A stretch of 64,000 bases of DNA from a bacterium (GTDB lineage Bacteria; Patescibacteriota; Andersenbacteria; UBA10190; CAIZMI01): contig JAUSJG010000004.1 in NCBI GenBank assembly GCA_030647555.1, positions 36,661 through 100,660 of the forward strand, given 5' to 3'. A model generated the notes under the pieces. That model made no database searches. It had not been told where the DNA came from and worked only from the letters and a program-made list of their open reading frames with translations. Shown in pieces: positions 52,658-62,703 of the stretch. Numbering within the stretch: position 1 is the stretch's first letter; the number at the start of each line of letters is the position of its first letter. Made by a program: the position numbers and the translations under genes.

Positions 52658-52912
52658 TTACTTTGGTTGCGTAGCGCGAGTTTCTGAAAGCACGCAGGAG
52701 GCTAGAATGAAAACGATCATGCTGGGCACAAGAACACCGAACGCCCCAAAACCGAACCAAGCAACAAATAGATCTGTGTGAATGAACTTCAGGCCAGTGC
52801 TCCAAAAGGTTGACATGGCAGCATCAACAACGAAACAACAGCCTTGAACAGCAAAGACCAATGCTTCAATCAGAAAAACGACTCCGCTCAATGCACGGAC
52901 AAATCGTAACAT
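52658..52912 (-). CDS. small hydrophobic membrane protein (84 aa), paralog 2
   Basis: Starts MLRFVRAL; similar to paralog 1 in length, N-terminus (MLR.V) and hydrophobicity. Confidence 0.4.
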   Translation of the reverse strand: MLRFVRALSGVVFLIEALVFAVQGCCFVVDAAMSTFWSTGLKFIHTDLFVAWFGFGAFGVLVPSMIVFILASCVLSETRATQPK

Positions 52913-52935
52913 GGCAATTCCCCTTAGTCTGAAGT

Positions 52936-53006
52936 GAAAAACGAACCAGAGTGTGGGTTTAAACCCAACTTGGCAGGTTATTCTCGAAATATCGATTTGT
53001 CAAGCA
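52936..53006 (-). promoter_or_regulatory. duplicated promoter/operator element, copy 2
   Basis: Minus-strand sequence cTTGACAaatcgatatttcgagaataacctgccaaGTTGGGTTTAAACCCAcac... Confidence 0.45.
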
Positions 53007-53265
53007 TCACTACTTTTTTGTGGTGCCCTAAAACACATCTCACAACAAATGTATGTGTTGTTATAACCCCACGTCGCCTCGCCCTGCGGGGCGGGCTATG
53101 CGGGGCACCACTTCGCTTTTTATAATAAAGAAGATTGAGTTTGTTATTATCAAACATGCCTGCACCGCGAAGCTCTTCATGTAAGTGAAGAGCGAAGTGG
53201 TGGACAAGATTTACATTAAATGTTAAATAGGAGGCAATCAGTTTTCGTCCTTCATCTATATTGCA

Positions 53266-53907
53266 ATGCAAAAACAACTATTAACGATCGCGATTGTCGG
53301 AATAATCATTATTGGCGCTGTAACGGCCGGTGGTTATTACCTGGGAAAAGTGATCCAAAAGCCAAAAACAACCCCATCACCTTCTGAAAGTCCTCTTATC
53401 ACAGAGCCAACGGCAACTCCGACACCAACTCCCGCTACCGTTTCGAGTACCCCAGTCTTGTTACCGACTGCCCCACCACGCACAAGCACATCAACCAAAC
53501 AACAAGTTAAGGGTGTTACGGTAACCCAAAATTCAACACCAATCACCGCTAAAACAGGGCCGGACACAACGGTTTCGAAACAAACCTCAATCCGTTTTGT
53601 TGGTGTTCCAGCACAGGCCAGCGCGAATCAACCCTTTGTGGTTAGTTGGTATATTGATGGTCCGGAAGGGCTGATGGGTACAAGCACGCGTCTCGAAACA
53701 TCACTAAATAGTAGTTCATCCACCGGCTCCTCCAGTTCTTCCGTTTCCGGTTCACAGTCATCCTCTTTTGGTGCTTTTCAAATCCCGCAAAAATTCCAAT
53801 CCGAGGTCACGTTTGGTGGCAATTCGGGACCGGTAGTGCTAAAAGTAACCGCCGAGGTAGGTGGAATTACATATACAGCACGGCAGACAGTACAATTGAC
53901 TGATTAA
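53266..53907 (+). CDS. secreted/surface protein with Pro/Thr-rich linker
   Basis: N-terminal TM or signal segment; TPTPTPA low-complexity region; C-terminal Ser-rich tract. Confidence 0.45.
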   Translation: MQKQLLTIAIVGIIIIGAVTAGGYYLGKVIQKPKTTPSPSESPLITEPTATPTPTPATVSSTPVLLPTAPPRTSTSTKQQVKGVTVTQNSTPITAKTGPDTTVSKQTSIRFVGVPAQASANQPFVVSWYIDGPEGLMGTSTRLETSLNSSSSTGSSSSSVSGSQSSSFGAFQIPQKFQSEVTFGGNSGPVVLKVTAEVGGITYTARQTVQLTD

Positions 53908-53980
53908 CACTAGTTAGTGATTGGGACTTGGACATTTTTCGGTATTCTGGTTTAGTGATTGGCTATTGACCTTTTAAATT

Positions 53981-54103
53981 CCAAAACCCAAACCCCAATG
54001 ACCAACAAAATCCAAAAAATACAAAATCCTAAGCACGATCGTTTTAGGATTTAGGACTTCGAAATTTTGTTGGGATTTGAGATTTGGTAATTGGGGTTTT
54101 ATC
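53981..54103. repeat. intergenic palindromic repeat, family A (second copy)
   Basis: Left arm CCAAAACCCAAACCCCAATGACCAACAAAATCC ... is homologous to 47280-47320; right arm TTTTGTTGGGATTTGAGATTTGG. Confidence 0.7.
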
Positions 54104-55199
54104 CTGCCGGATTAAATACCGCATATACCGTGTTCGCGTCTTTTGGATCTGTTAACAGAAATCTAATCGCATTAGTTAACGGAAACTGATAAACCTTCCA
54201 CTTGATTCCGTCGTCTTTTGATGTGTATAGGACAAAATTCGCGCCCGCGTAGATAGTTTTCCCCACCCCCGCCGCGATGGCGTTAATGGAAACGGACTGT
54301 TTTTCACTGACCGGCAACGGCACAACCGACCAGGTTTTACCATCATCAGTCGAATTAAATATCCCATGTTCAGTACCGGCTAGAATATTCTTGGTTTTAT
54401 TTCCGTCGGAGACAAACTGGATTGCCAGTAGCGACTTTGCTTCGGTGTCGCCTTTTTTAATATTGACAACTTCGAAGTTTTCCCCACCATCGCTGGAACT
54501 GGCTACTTGTCCGCTAACCAGCAAAACATACCACTGCCCCGAGGCAGGTGCGACGCGCACGCCGGCAATTCCAGATGCAAACGAATGGGCGTTACTCCAG
54601 GTCGCCCCACCATCGCTTGTTATTAGCAAAGCGCCGGAACTAGAACCGACTAGCAGAATCTCCGGTCGCGTGGGATCAACTTCCATGGCTGTGATAATCC
54701 CGGGAGCGATCTTTTTACTGAATATACCGCCTGTTTGTACAACAGGATCAACATAAATTTCTGTCCAATTTTTCCCATCGTCAAAAGATTTCCAAATCTT
54801 ATACCGTTTCGGATCCGTCACGGAATTGCCGAAAACAAATAAAATATTTGAATTACGCGGATGCACCGCGACTCCTAGAACAAATTGCGCGGGTGTTTTT
54901 ACTTGTGCCCACTCCGCAGTTGTATTATCAAAATGTAATAAACCGCTAGGCCCGGCCGCCATGTAAAGTTTTGCCGTATCGTATGGATCAAAAACAACCT
55001 TATAAGGAGCGACCTTTGTAATATCCAATCCGCCGGTATATTTCGACATTTGGGTCCAATTTTGACCGCCATCTTTAGATACATAAACGCCACCGGGCGG
55101 AATTACTGTTGTTTTAGTAGTTCCACCGCACCCGGCGCCAAATAAAGCAATAGTTCCCAATATGGCGACTAGTTTTATTATATTTGTGTTCATATGCAT
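54099..55199 (-). CDS. BNR/Asp-box repeat beta-propeller protein (secreted)
   Basis: Six S-x-D-x-G-x-(T/N)-W repeats: SKDGGQNWT, SFDDGKNWT, TSDGGATWS, SSDGGENF, STDDGKTWS, SKDDGIKWK; N-terminal signal or lipobox-like GAGCGG. Confidence 0.65.
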   Translation of the reverse strand: MHMNTNIIKLVAILGTIALFGAGCGGTTKTTVIPPGGVYVSKDGGQNWTQMSKYTGGLDITKVAPYKVVFDPYDTAKLYMAAGPSGLLHFDNTTAEWAQVKTPAQFVLGVAVHPRNSNILFVFGNSVTDPKRYKIWKSFDDGKNWTEIYVDPVVQTGGIFSKKIAPGIITAMEVDPTRPEILLVGSSSGALLITSDGGATWSNAHSFASGIAGVRVAPASGQWYVLLVSGQVASSSDGGENFEVVNIKKGDTEAKSLLAIQFVSDGNKTKNILAGTEHGIFNSTDDGKTWSVVPLPVSEKQSVSINAIAAGVGKTIYAGANFVLYTSKDDGIKWKVYQFPLTNAIRFLLTDPKDANTVYAVFNPAG

Positions 55200-55415
55200 A
55201 TTTTAGCACTTATGGATAAATAGACAAAATAATTTGAAATTTGAAATTTTTAATTTGAAATCAATTTTTAATATCTAAATTTGAAATACGAACGCGTTTT
55301 TCAAATTAATTTATTACGATATTTTTTATCGGCCATAGCTTTAGCGACGGCTGACAAATTGATTAAAAATTTCAAATTTCAAATTATGTAAGGTGTTAAA
55401 TGATATGCCTGTTGT

Positions 55416-56375
55416 TTGGGAAAATTGTTCAATATTCAACAAATAAGAATTATTTGCTATACTGTCCTCGTGCTAAGACAAATAAAAACAAAAGAGCTAA
55501 CTTGGATAGACATTATCGATCTTACAAAAGAAGATTTGGATTTTCTGGAACGAGAGTTCCAATTTCATTCTTCGGATATTCAAGAACTCACCCACCGTTC
55601 AACGCGACCGAAGTTGGAAGAATATCAGGGGTATATGTTTGCAATCGTTCACTCCCCCGTCTTTGATGCCAAATCACGCAGTACGACCCCTGCGGAAGTG
55701 GATATTTTTATTACCGACGGCCACATTATTACCGTTCATATGGGACGCGTGCATTTGTTGGACCAATTTTTTAGACAGATAAACGAGAGCGAAAAATTAC
55801 AAGAGCGCTATGTCGGTAGAAGCGCCGCCTATTTGCTTTACAGTATTATGGGCGTGCTAATTGATTCGTCATTTCCGAAAATTGATCATATTTACGAAAA
55901 AATTGAGCTTGCCGAACACAAAATTTTCAACGGCGAAGAGCGCGCAATGGTGTACGAGTTGAGCTCCTTAAGCCGCGATTTGTCCGGTTTCCGCCAAATT
56001 ATTCGTCCGCAAATTCATCTCTATAATCCCGAAATGTTGCATGGCGATTTCGCGACGCCCGCCTACAAGGCAATTTTTAAAAGCATCCAGTCTCGTTTAC
56101 AACGAGTTTGGGATGCTTTAGACAATCAATACGAAAAAATTACCTCCTTATCCGATACTAATGCCAATCTTTTATCGCACAAACTAAACGAATTTATTAA
56201 AGTACTAACACTAATCAGCGCGCTTTATATTCCATTGGCAGTAATTGGTCAGGTTCTGCCGTCTATTTCCGACGCGCCACAAGTTAATTTTGTAATTTTT
56301 TGGTTATTAATCGGCTTGATGTTGGTAATCGACTTTGTTATTCTTTGGTATTACCGCGCCCGCAAAATGATCTGA
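55416..56375 (+). CDS. CorA-like divalent-cation transporter family protein (GMN motif not conserved)
   Basis: Soluble N-terminal domain plus two C-terminal TM helices; LTLISALYIPLAVIGQV sits where CorA has ...YGMNF. Confidence 0.45.
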   Translation: MGKLFNIQQIRIICYTVLVLRQIKTKELTWIDIIDLTKEDLDFLEREFQFHSSDIQELTHRSTRPKLEEYQGYMFAIVHSPVFDAKSRSTTPAEVDIFITDGHIITVHMGRVHLLDQFFRQINESEKLQERYVGRSAAYLLYSIMGVLIDSSFPKIDHIYEKIELAEHKIFNGEERAMVYELSSLSRDLSGFRQIIRPQIHLYNPEMLHGDFATPAYKAIFKSIQSRLQRVWDALDNQYEKITSLSDTNANLLSHKLNEFIKVLTLISALYIPLAVIGQVLPSISDAPQVNFVIFWLLIGLMLVIDFVILWYYRARKMI

Positions 56376-56950
56376 TGAAAGTAATATCGTCGATTATTAA
56401 TCTGATTCCGCGTAGGATTTCACCTAATCACATCACGGGATTCAGGTTTTTTTTAATCGCGCCGATTGTCTACTGTATTTGGCAACAATTGTGGCTTTAT
56501 TTTGTGATTTTGTATTTTTTAGCATTATTTTCGGACTACCTGGATGGCATTTTGGCGCGAGAACGCGGATTGGTTACCAAGTTCGGCTCAGCGCTTGATC
56601 CGGTCGCTGATAAATTACTGCATATTGTTGTATTGGGCTTTCTTGTTCCCTTCGCGCCCGTACTGATTGGTGCGATTATTTTGCTTGATATTATTGTTTT
56701 GTTTGGCGGGTGGATGGTAATTCACAACTTTAATAAAAAGAATAAAATTCTTCACATCAAGGGTGCGAATATTTTCGGAAAAGTTAAAGTAATTTTACAG
56801 GGGCTGGTAATTATTCTGCTATATTGTTACCAAATTTTTCCACAAACGTTATTTACTTGGCCGGTAGCGATAATTTTAATTATATTTACCTTAATTTTCT
56901 CCGCGTTATCGATTTTGGATTACGCATTCGCGTTAATGCGCGCAAAATAA
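56376..56950 (+). CDS. CDP-alcohol phosphatidyltransferase
   Basis: Signature D-G-x2-A-R-x8-G-x3-D-x3-D in FSDYLDGILARERGLVTKFGSALDPVADKL; the ORF begins at 56300, but the likely start is MKVISSI. Confidence 0.75.
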
Positions 56951-57095
56951 AATTTATTAGCATAAAACTGCTTGACAGTGTTAGAGATTGCTCGTATAAA
57001 TTAATTAGACGCGAAATTTAAAATAATTTTCGCAGGTAAAACAAAAAAGAGTTTAATATAATACAAACAAGGAAATTGAAAGGAGGTGGTCGCAA

Positions 57096-57158
57096 GTGGC
57101 AAAAAAGAAAGCAGCAAAAAAGACAGCGAAGAAGAAAGCAACAAAGAAGCGCAAATAA
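57096..57158 (+). CDS. possible 20-codon Lys/Ala-rich micro-ORF (VAKKKAAKKTAKKKATKKRK) with strong SD
   Basis: AGGAGG at 57081-57086, 9 nt before a GTG start; not in the ORF track because it is too short; purely sequence-based. Confidence 0.2.
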   Translation: MAKKKAAKKTAKKKATKKRK

Positions 57159-57335
57159 CATTGCTAACGCATTTTGTGCGTTTCATGTATTTGTATAAGC
57201 CTCCTTTTTTCCTACCCCACTTAAGCATCCCTTGAGGATGAGAGAACTAGCCCTTGAGGAAGTCTCGTCTAGGTGGAGAACGAAGAAGGAGGTTTTTGTA
57301 TTTACCTGCTCGTTCTACTACGTTACACTCATAAT

Positions 57336-58790
57336 ATGAAGGTACACATCTGGAACACGCTTGAAAAGACCTTAACGGAGGTTGTACCGGTTAATCCGGA
57401 TGGCGTCGTTAGAATTTATAATTGCGGACCAACGGTCTATAGTACCCCGCACATAGGCAATATCCGTCGTTTTATTGTTGCAGACTTGCTGGTAAAGGCA
57501 TTAAAACATCTTGGATACTCGGTTCGTAGTGTTATGAATATCACTGACGTCGGCCACCTTATGGATTCCGATCACGCGGAAGCCGGTGCCGACAAAATGC
57601 TGATTGCATCGGAAAGAGAAAAACTGACGCCGGAAATAATCGCCGCCAAATACACGCAGGAATTTTTCGCGATATTGATTCAGATGCGAGCGGAGCCGGC
57701 CGATTTTTACCCGCGCGCCACAATGCATGTCTCCGCCATGATTAAAGTTATCGAAAACTTAATAACAAACGGTTTTGCGTATGAGACTAATTCCGGAATA
57801 TATTTTGACGTCACAAAATTTAGTAGTTACGGAAAACTTTCCGGTAATACCACGGCGGAAGTGGAACCGGGCGCGCGCGTTGGCGTAAGAGAAGAAAAAC
57901 GTCACGCGTTTGATTTTGTTCTTTGGGTAAAAGCAGAAAAGGAACATATTATGCAATGGGACAGCCCATGGGGGCGCGGTTACCCGGGCTGGCATATCGA
58001 GTGTTCCGCGATGGCGCAACAGCTTTTGGGTGAAGCAATTGATATTCATACCGGTGGAATCGATAATATGTTTCCGCATCATGAAAACGAGATTGCGCAA
58101 AGTGAGGGTGCCTCCGGCAAACAATTCGTCAAAACATGGTTGCATAATGAGCTCCTCTTGGTTGATGGAAAGAAAATGGCAAAAAGTACCGGTGGTTATA
58201 TTACACTCAACGAAATTATTAAACGTGGCTATAATCCCCTCGCACTCAAGTTTCTATTTTTACAAACTCATTACCGTTCGAAATTGAATTTTGGTTGGTC
58301 GGCGCTTGATTCGGCCGTGGACGGGTTAAAAAGCCTTCAGGGTTTTGTGGATAAATTAATTGTCACCGGTAATCAAGACGATTTAGAAACATCTGTAAAA
58401 CCGGCGTCTCAAATTGATCTCAATGATTATTCCGAAAAGTTTTCAAGCGCGTTAGCGGACGACCTTGGCACACCGCAAGCAATTGCGATTATCTTTGAAA
58501 TTATTCGTAAAATTAATCCCCTGTTGGAAAATAATAGTTTATCAAAACAAGACGCCGTTAAAATATTGGAACTTTTCCGGTCATTTGACGCGGTTTTGGG
58601 TATAATATCGTTTGTTGGAAAAGAAAAAACAGCGGTTCCGTCGGAAGTTACGGAATTGATAAGCAAGCGCGAAAAAGCGCGCCAAGATAAAAACTATTCC
58701 CTCTCTGATGAATTACGGAAACAAATTATCGCTAATGGTTTTGACGTAAAAGATACCGCCATTGGCCAACAACTGACGTCGATTAAGTAA
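57336..58790 (+). CDS. cysS: cysteinyl-tRNA synthetase
   Basis: HIGNIRRF (HIGH) and KMAKSTG (KMSKS); the ORF extends upstream to 57273, but the start is likely MKVHIWNT. Confidence 0.9.
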   Translation: MKVHIWNTLEKTLTEVVPVNPDGVVRIYNCGPTVYSTPHIGNIRRFIVADLLVKALKHLGYSVRSVMNITDVGHLMDSDHAEAGADKMLIASEREKLTPEIIAAKYTQEFFAILIQMRAEPADFYPRATMHVSAMIKVIENLITNGFAYETNSGIYFDVTKFSSYGKLSGNTTAEVEPGARVGVREEKRHAFDFVLWVKAEKEHIMQWDSPWGRGYPGWHIECSAMAQQLLGEAIDIHTGGIDNMFPHHENEIAQSEGASGKQFVKTWLHNELLLVDGKKMAKSTGGYITLNEIIKRGYNPLALKFLFLQTHYRSKLNFGWSALDSAVDGLKSLQGFVDKLIVTGNQDDLETSVKPASQIDLNDYSEKFSSALADDLGTPQAIAIIFEIIRKINPLLENNSLSKQDAVKILELFRSFDAVLGIISFVGKEKTAVPSEVTELISKREKARQDKNYSLSDELRKQIIANGFDVKDTAIGQQLTSIK

Positions 58791-58932
58791 TGTGATATTG
58801 TGCAATAACCTAAACTCATGCCCAGTAATACAACCCGCCATTCATTAATCCGTCTAAGCGATGCATATTCGAAATACTGGATTTTATCATTAATAATCAA
58901 CTCCGTGATTAATAAGCGATCGAAATCGCTTA

Positions 58933-60378
58933 TTGTGGCGGGTTGATATACTGGGCATGGCCGATAAGCACAAAAAACAACCAACAAGAAACCCTTTTCG
59001 CTCGGGTGATCGTATTCCTCCTCATAACCTAGAGGCGGAAGTTTCCGTACTGGGCAGTTTACTGCTCAATAAAGACGCAATCATTAAAGTCGCGGATTTT
59101 CTTAGAGCACCGGACTTCTATTCACCGATGCACGCCTTAATTTATGGGGCAATTATTGATTTATACGAACGTCGCGATCCGATTGATATTATCAGCTTAT
59201 CAAACATCTTACGCGATCAAGGAAATCTTGCCGGAGCGGGTGGCGAATCTACCATTGCTTCCTTGGCCGCCGCCGTGCCAACGGCCGGTCACGTTGAGCA
59301 TTATGCGAAGATTGTTCAAAAGAAAGCCACCCTGCGTCGTTTAATCAGTGCCGCGGCCAATATCAGCGAGCTTGGTTTTAATGAGGAGGAAGAAGTAAAT
59401 AAAGTTTTGGATGAAGCCGAGCAGAGTCTGTTTTCCGTCTCCCAACAACACTTGAGACAATCTTTCGTACCGATGAAAACGGTTTTAACAGAGGCTTTTC
59501 ATCGCATCGATAGTCTGCACAAGGGCGACGGCAGTTTGCGCGGTCTTCCAACTGGTTTTGCGCCACTCGATAATCTTCTTTCCGGTCTGCAACGGTCCGA
59601 CTTGGTCATTCTAGCGGCTCGCCCCAGTGTTGGAAAAACATCCCTCGCGCTGGATTTTGCGCGCCACATCGCGGTGCGTGAAAAAGCGGCGGTTGGCGTG
59701 TTCAGCATTGAAATGTCCAAGGAACAGTTGGCAGATCGCTTAATATGCGCGGAAGCGGGAGTAGACCTCTGGAAAATGCGGACCGGACATCTTTCCAACG
59801 AAGGTTTTCCCGATGACGATTTTTCACGGATTAATCGCTCGATGGCGGTATTATCCGAGGCCCCTATTTATATCGATGATTCGGCAAGCAGTAATATTAT
59901 GGAAATTCGCACTTTGGCACGACGCTTGCAGGCAGAACACGGCATTGGTTTTCTGGTAATCGATTATTTGCAATTATTGGAAGGAGATTCCAAGGAAGGT
60001 CGCGTGCAAGAAGTTTCCCAGATTTCTCGTGCGTTAAAAAGTTTGGCGCGTGAATTAAATATTCCCATTCTTGCGTTATCGCAGTTGTCGCGTGCCGTTG
60101 AAGCACGCCTACCGCCCGTACCAAAACTGTCCGACTTGCGTGAAAGCGGATCCATTGAACAAGATGCCGACGTGGTGCTTTTTCTGTATCCCCGCGGTCG
60201 TCACGAAAAAACGGCGGAAAGCCCCAATATCGTCGATGTTATTATCGCTAAACATCGTAACGGACCGACCGGCGTGATCTCCCTCTACTTCAAAGAAGAG
60301 TGCGCCAGTTTCGCGGCAATTGATACACAACATTATCAGCAGGAAGAAGTCGGACATAAGGCACGAGCGAGAGCGTAA
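58933..60378 (+). CDS. dnaB: replicative DNA helicase DnaB
   Basis: N-terminal DnaB domain (EAEVSVLGSLLLNKDAI); RecA-like core with Walker A ARPSVGKTSLAL. Confidence 0.9.
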   Translation: MWRVDILGMADKHKKQPTRNPFRSGDRIPPHNLEAEVSVLGSLLLNKDAIIKVADFLRAPDFYSPMHALIYGAIIDLYERRDPIDIISLSNILRDQGNLAGAGGESTIASLAAAVPTAGHVEHYAKIVQKKATLRRLISAAANISELGFNEEEEVNKVLDEAEQSLFSVSQQHLRQSFVPMKTVLTEAFHRIDSLHKGDGSLRGLPTGFAPLDNLLSGLQRSDLVILAARPSVGKTSLALDFARHIAVREKAAVGVFSIEMSKEQLADRLICAEAGVDLWKMRTGHLSNEGFPDDDFSRINRSMAVLSEAPIYIDDSASSNIMEIRTLARRLQAEHGIGFLVIDYLQLLEGDSKEGRVQEVSQISRALKSLARELNIPILALSQLSRAVEARLPPVPKLSDLRESGSIEQDADVVLFLYPRGRHEKTAESPNIVDVIIAKHRNGPTGVISLYFKEECASFAAIDTQHYQQEEVGHKARARA

Positions 60379-60380
60379 CC

Positions 60381-60508
60381 AAAATTTTCAATTATCAATT
60401 CCCAATTATCAATGAATTATCAATTATATAATTATCAAAAGTCCGACGTATTTGAAAATTGGAATTTGATAATTAATTGATAATTGACCATTGAAAATTG
60501 ATAATTAT
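60381..60508. repeat. intergenic palindromic repeat, family B (second copy)
   Basis: Right arm TTGATAATTGACCATTGAAAATTGATAATTA is near-identical to 37997-38027; left arm has AT-rich ATTATCAAT repeats. Confidence 0.7.
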
Positions 60509-60516
60509 TTATTGGC

Positions 60517-61134
60517 ATGTCCATCGCTTTACTCCCCGAAGCATTAAGAAGAGTTTTAGAAGATCTTGAGCGCTTCCCCGGCATCGGCCCAAAAAGCGCA
60601 CAAAGAATCGCCTTTAACTTATTAACCGAATCACCGGCTTTTTTGACAAAACTTCAAAACGATATTGGTGGACTTTTGGGAGGTATTTCAAAGTGTCAGG
60701 TATGTGGAATGCTAACCGATGGCAATAAATGTAAAATTTGTCTCGACTCCATGCGCGACAAATCGGTTTTTTGCGTTGTCGAGAGTTCGTTAGATATTAT
60801 CGCCATTGAAAGAATTGGCGAATACCGAGGCGTATATCATGTCCTTGGCGGATTACTTTCTCCATTGGATCACGTTGGGCCCGAAGACATTGGCATCAGC
60901 GTTTTGATTGATCGAATCGACGCAGAAAAACCGCGTGAAATTATTCTTGCTCTAAACCCATCAACCGAAGGAGAAACAACGGCACTCTACATCAAAAAAA
61001 TAGTTATCCAGGGTAACCCCGATGTGGTTATCACAAGATTGGCGCAAGGACTACCAACAGGAGCCGCATTGGAATATGCCGACGATCTAACAATCAGTCA
61101 CGCGTTTTCGGGAAGAAGAACGCTGACGCGATGA
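60517..61134 (+). CDS. recR: recombination protein RecR
   Basis: HhH (FPGIGPKSAQRIAF), C4 zinc finger (CQVCGMLTDGNKCKIC), Toprim. Confidence 0.9.
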   Translation: MSIALLPEALRRVLEDLERFPGIGPKSAQRIAFNLLTESPAFLTKLQNDIGGLLGGISKCQVCGMLTDGNKCKICLDSMRDKSVFCVVESSLDIIAIERIGEYRGVYHVLGGLLSPLDHVGPEDIGISVLIDRIDAEKPREIILALNPSTEGETTALYIKKIVIQGNPDVVITRLAQGLPTGAALEYADDLTISHAFSGRRTLTR

Positions 61135-61246
61135 ATAATGATTTATGATTGACGACACATGAATGACGAAGCGCCGAACGCGTCTCATTATTCATACATC
61201 ATAAATCATTATTCAAAAATCAGTCCCGACATGGAACTGATTTTTT

Positions 61247-61570
61247 TTACGCTAGTTTAATATCTCTGATCAATAATTCCGTAAACGTCTGTCTGTGTCC
61301 AAACGCCACCTTTTCACGTTTTTTTGGCTTGAATTTGATGCCTGTAACTTTTTTAGCTCGACCCTGTTTTAACACTTCGGCTGTCACAACCGCTCCCGCC
61401 ACCACTGGTTTGCCAATTTCCGCCGTTTCATCATCACCAACCAACAGTACATCCGTGATTTCTACGGTTTCGCCGAGGATCTTCTCTAGTTTCTCAATTT
61501 TAACAGTTTCGTTGATTTTAACGAGACACTGCTTCCCTCCCGTCGCAATAATAGCGTAGTTTGGTTTCAT
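61247..61570 (-). CDS. rplU: 50S ribosomal protein L21
   Basis: MKPNYAIIATGGKQCLVKINETV ... L21 fold. Confidence 0.8.
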   Translation of the reverse strand: MKPNYAIIATGGKQCLVKINETVKIEKLEKILGETVEITDVLLVGDDETAEIGKPVVAGAVVTAEVLKQGRAKKVTGIKFKPKKREKVAFGHRQTFTELLIRDIKLA

Positions 61571-61686
61571 GTGAGCAAGCTTAGCAGGGTTCTATTCAAC
61601 GGTCAAGAAAGTCGTCGCGCTCACTCCCGAAGTGGTGCCGAGGTACTTCTTCGGGAGTGGTGTTGGTTAGCGTCGTCACGCTAATC

Positions 61687-62703
61687 TTATTTAGCCTGTA
61701 TTCTCCGTTTCGCGTACTGTGACCCCACTAGCACAAATACCACCAACCCCACACTAAAAATCACGAACAAAATAATCTTATTCTGCGTTTGTAGGATTAC
61801 GGCTGCCAATCCAAGCAAAACGGAACAACCGGTATAAATCGCCAAAATCACCCGATCAGAAAGACCCCGACGTTTCAATCTGTGGTGCAGATGTGTTAAG
61901 TCACCGCGAAATGGCGAGTGGCCTCGGCGTAATCGCCCAATCACCACAATTAACGCGTCAATCAGCGGTACCGCGCCCACCACGGCTGTTGTGGCCACTT
62001 TCGTTGCGCCCTGAATAGCTAAGATTGCAATCAAAAAGCCTAAAAACCATGATCCCACTGTTCCCAAAAACAGCTTCGCCGGAGGCAAATTCCAAAACAA
62101 AAAACCGGCGATAGCCACTGTTGCGGCAAAGGCGGCAACGGCAGTTCTTTGATCGTTTACTTGCGGTAAAACACTCACAAAACCGATTGTGATAAAGGCC
62201 ACACCTGTAACCGAGCCGGCCAAACCATCCAAACCATCCATAAAATTTATAACATTCATCATCGCGACAATCCAAAAAACAGCTAAAATATCCCCAATAA
62301 ATAACGTGCCGAAAATTGGCGCGTTGTTGAAACTGATAACTCCGCCAAAAGGATTTGTAATATAGTCGATGCCTAATTTTCCCCAATAAACGGCAATAAT
62401 GGCAATAATAATCTGCGCGATGAGTTGGAAAAAAGGATCCAGTGCTCGACGTGAATCCCAAAGACCGACAATCAGAATAAGTAAAGTCGCGAAAATAAAC
62501 GGCTGTAACGTATCTTTGCTTATAAAACCAAACAACAACGCGGCACACCACCACGCTACCATAATTGCCAACCCGCCTATTCTCGGCATTTTATTTTCAT
62601 TCGCGTATACAAACAGTGCGCCGTACTTTGCGCACAATTTTGCAAAAACCATTGCAATCACAAAAACTATTAGAAAAAGCAATGGCGAAGTCCAGTCAAG
62701 CAT
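61687..62703 (-). CDS. polyprenyl-phosphate N-acetylhexosamine-1-phosphate transferase family (MraY/WecA-like)
   Basis: NVINFMDGLDGLAGS motif; about 10 TM helices; 338 aa. Confidence 0.75.
   Translation of the reverse strand: MLDWTSPLLFLIVFVIAMVFAKLCAKYGALFVYANENKMPRIGGLAIMVAWWCAALLFGFISKDTLQPFIFATLLILIVGLWDSRRALDPFFQLIAQIIIAIIAVYWGKLGIDYITNPFGGVISFNNAPIFGTLFIGDILAVFWIVAMMNVINFMDGLDGLAGSVTGVAFITIGFVSVLPQVNDQRTAVAAFAATVAIAGFLFWNLPPAKLFLGTVGSWFLGFLIAILAIQGATKVATTAVVGAVPLIDALIVVIGRLRRGHSPFRGDLTHLHHRLKRRGLSDRVILAIYTGCSVLLGLAAVILQTQNKIILFVIFSVGLVVFVLVGSQYAKRRIQAK

Noticed and set aside
55416-56375. CorA-like transporter flagged as possibly non-functional because the GMN motif is absent
   Set aside because: CorA-family members with variant motifs exist, and fold-level similarity is retained. 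The evidence is too weak to call a pseudogene.
57160-57335. Possible T-box riboswitch leader upstream of cysS
   Set aside because: No T-box consensus (AATTAGGGTGGNACCGCG) or specifier/antiterminator arrangement was found.
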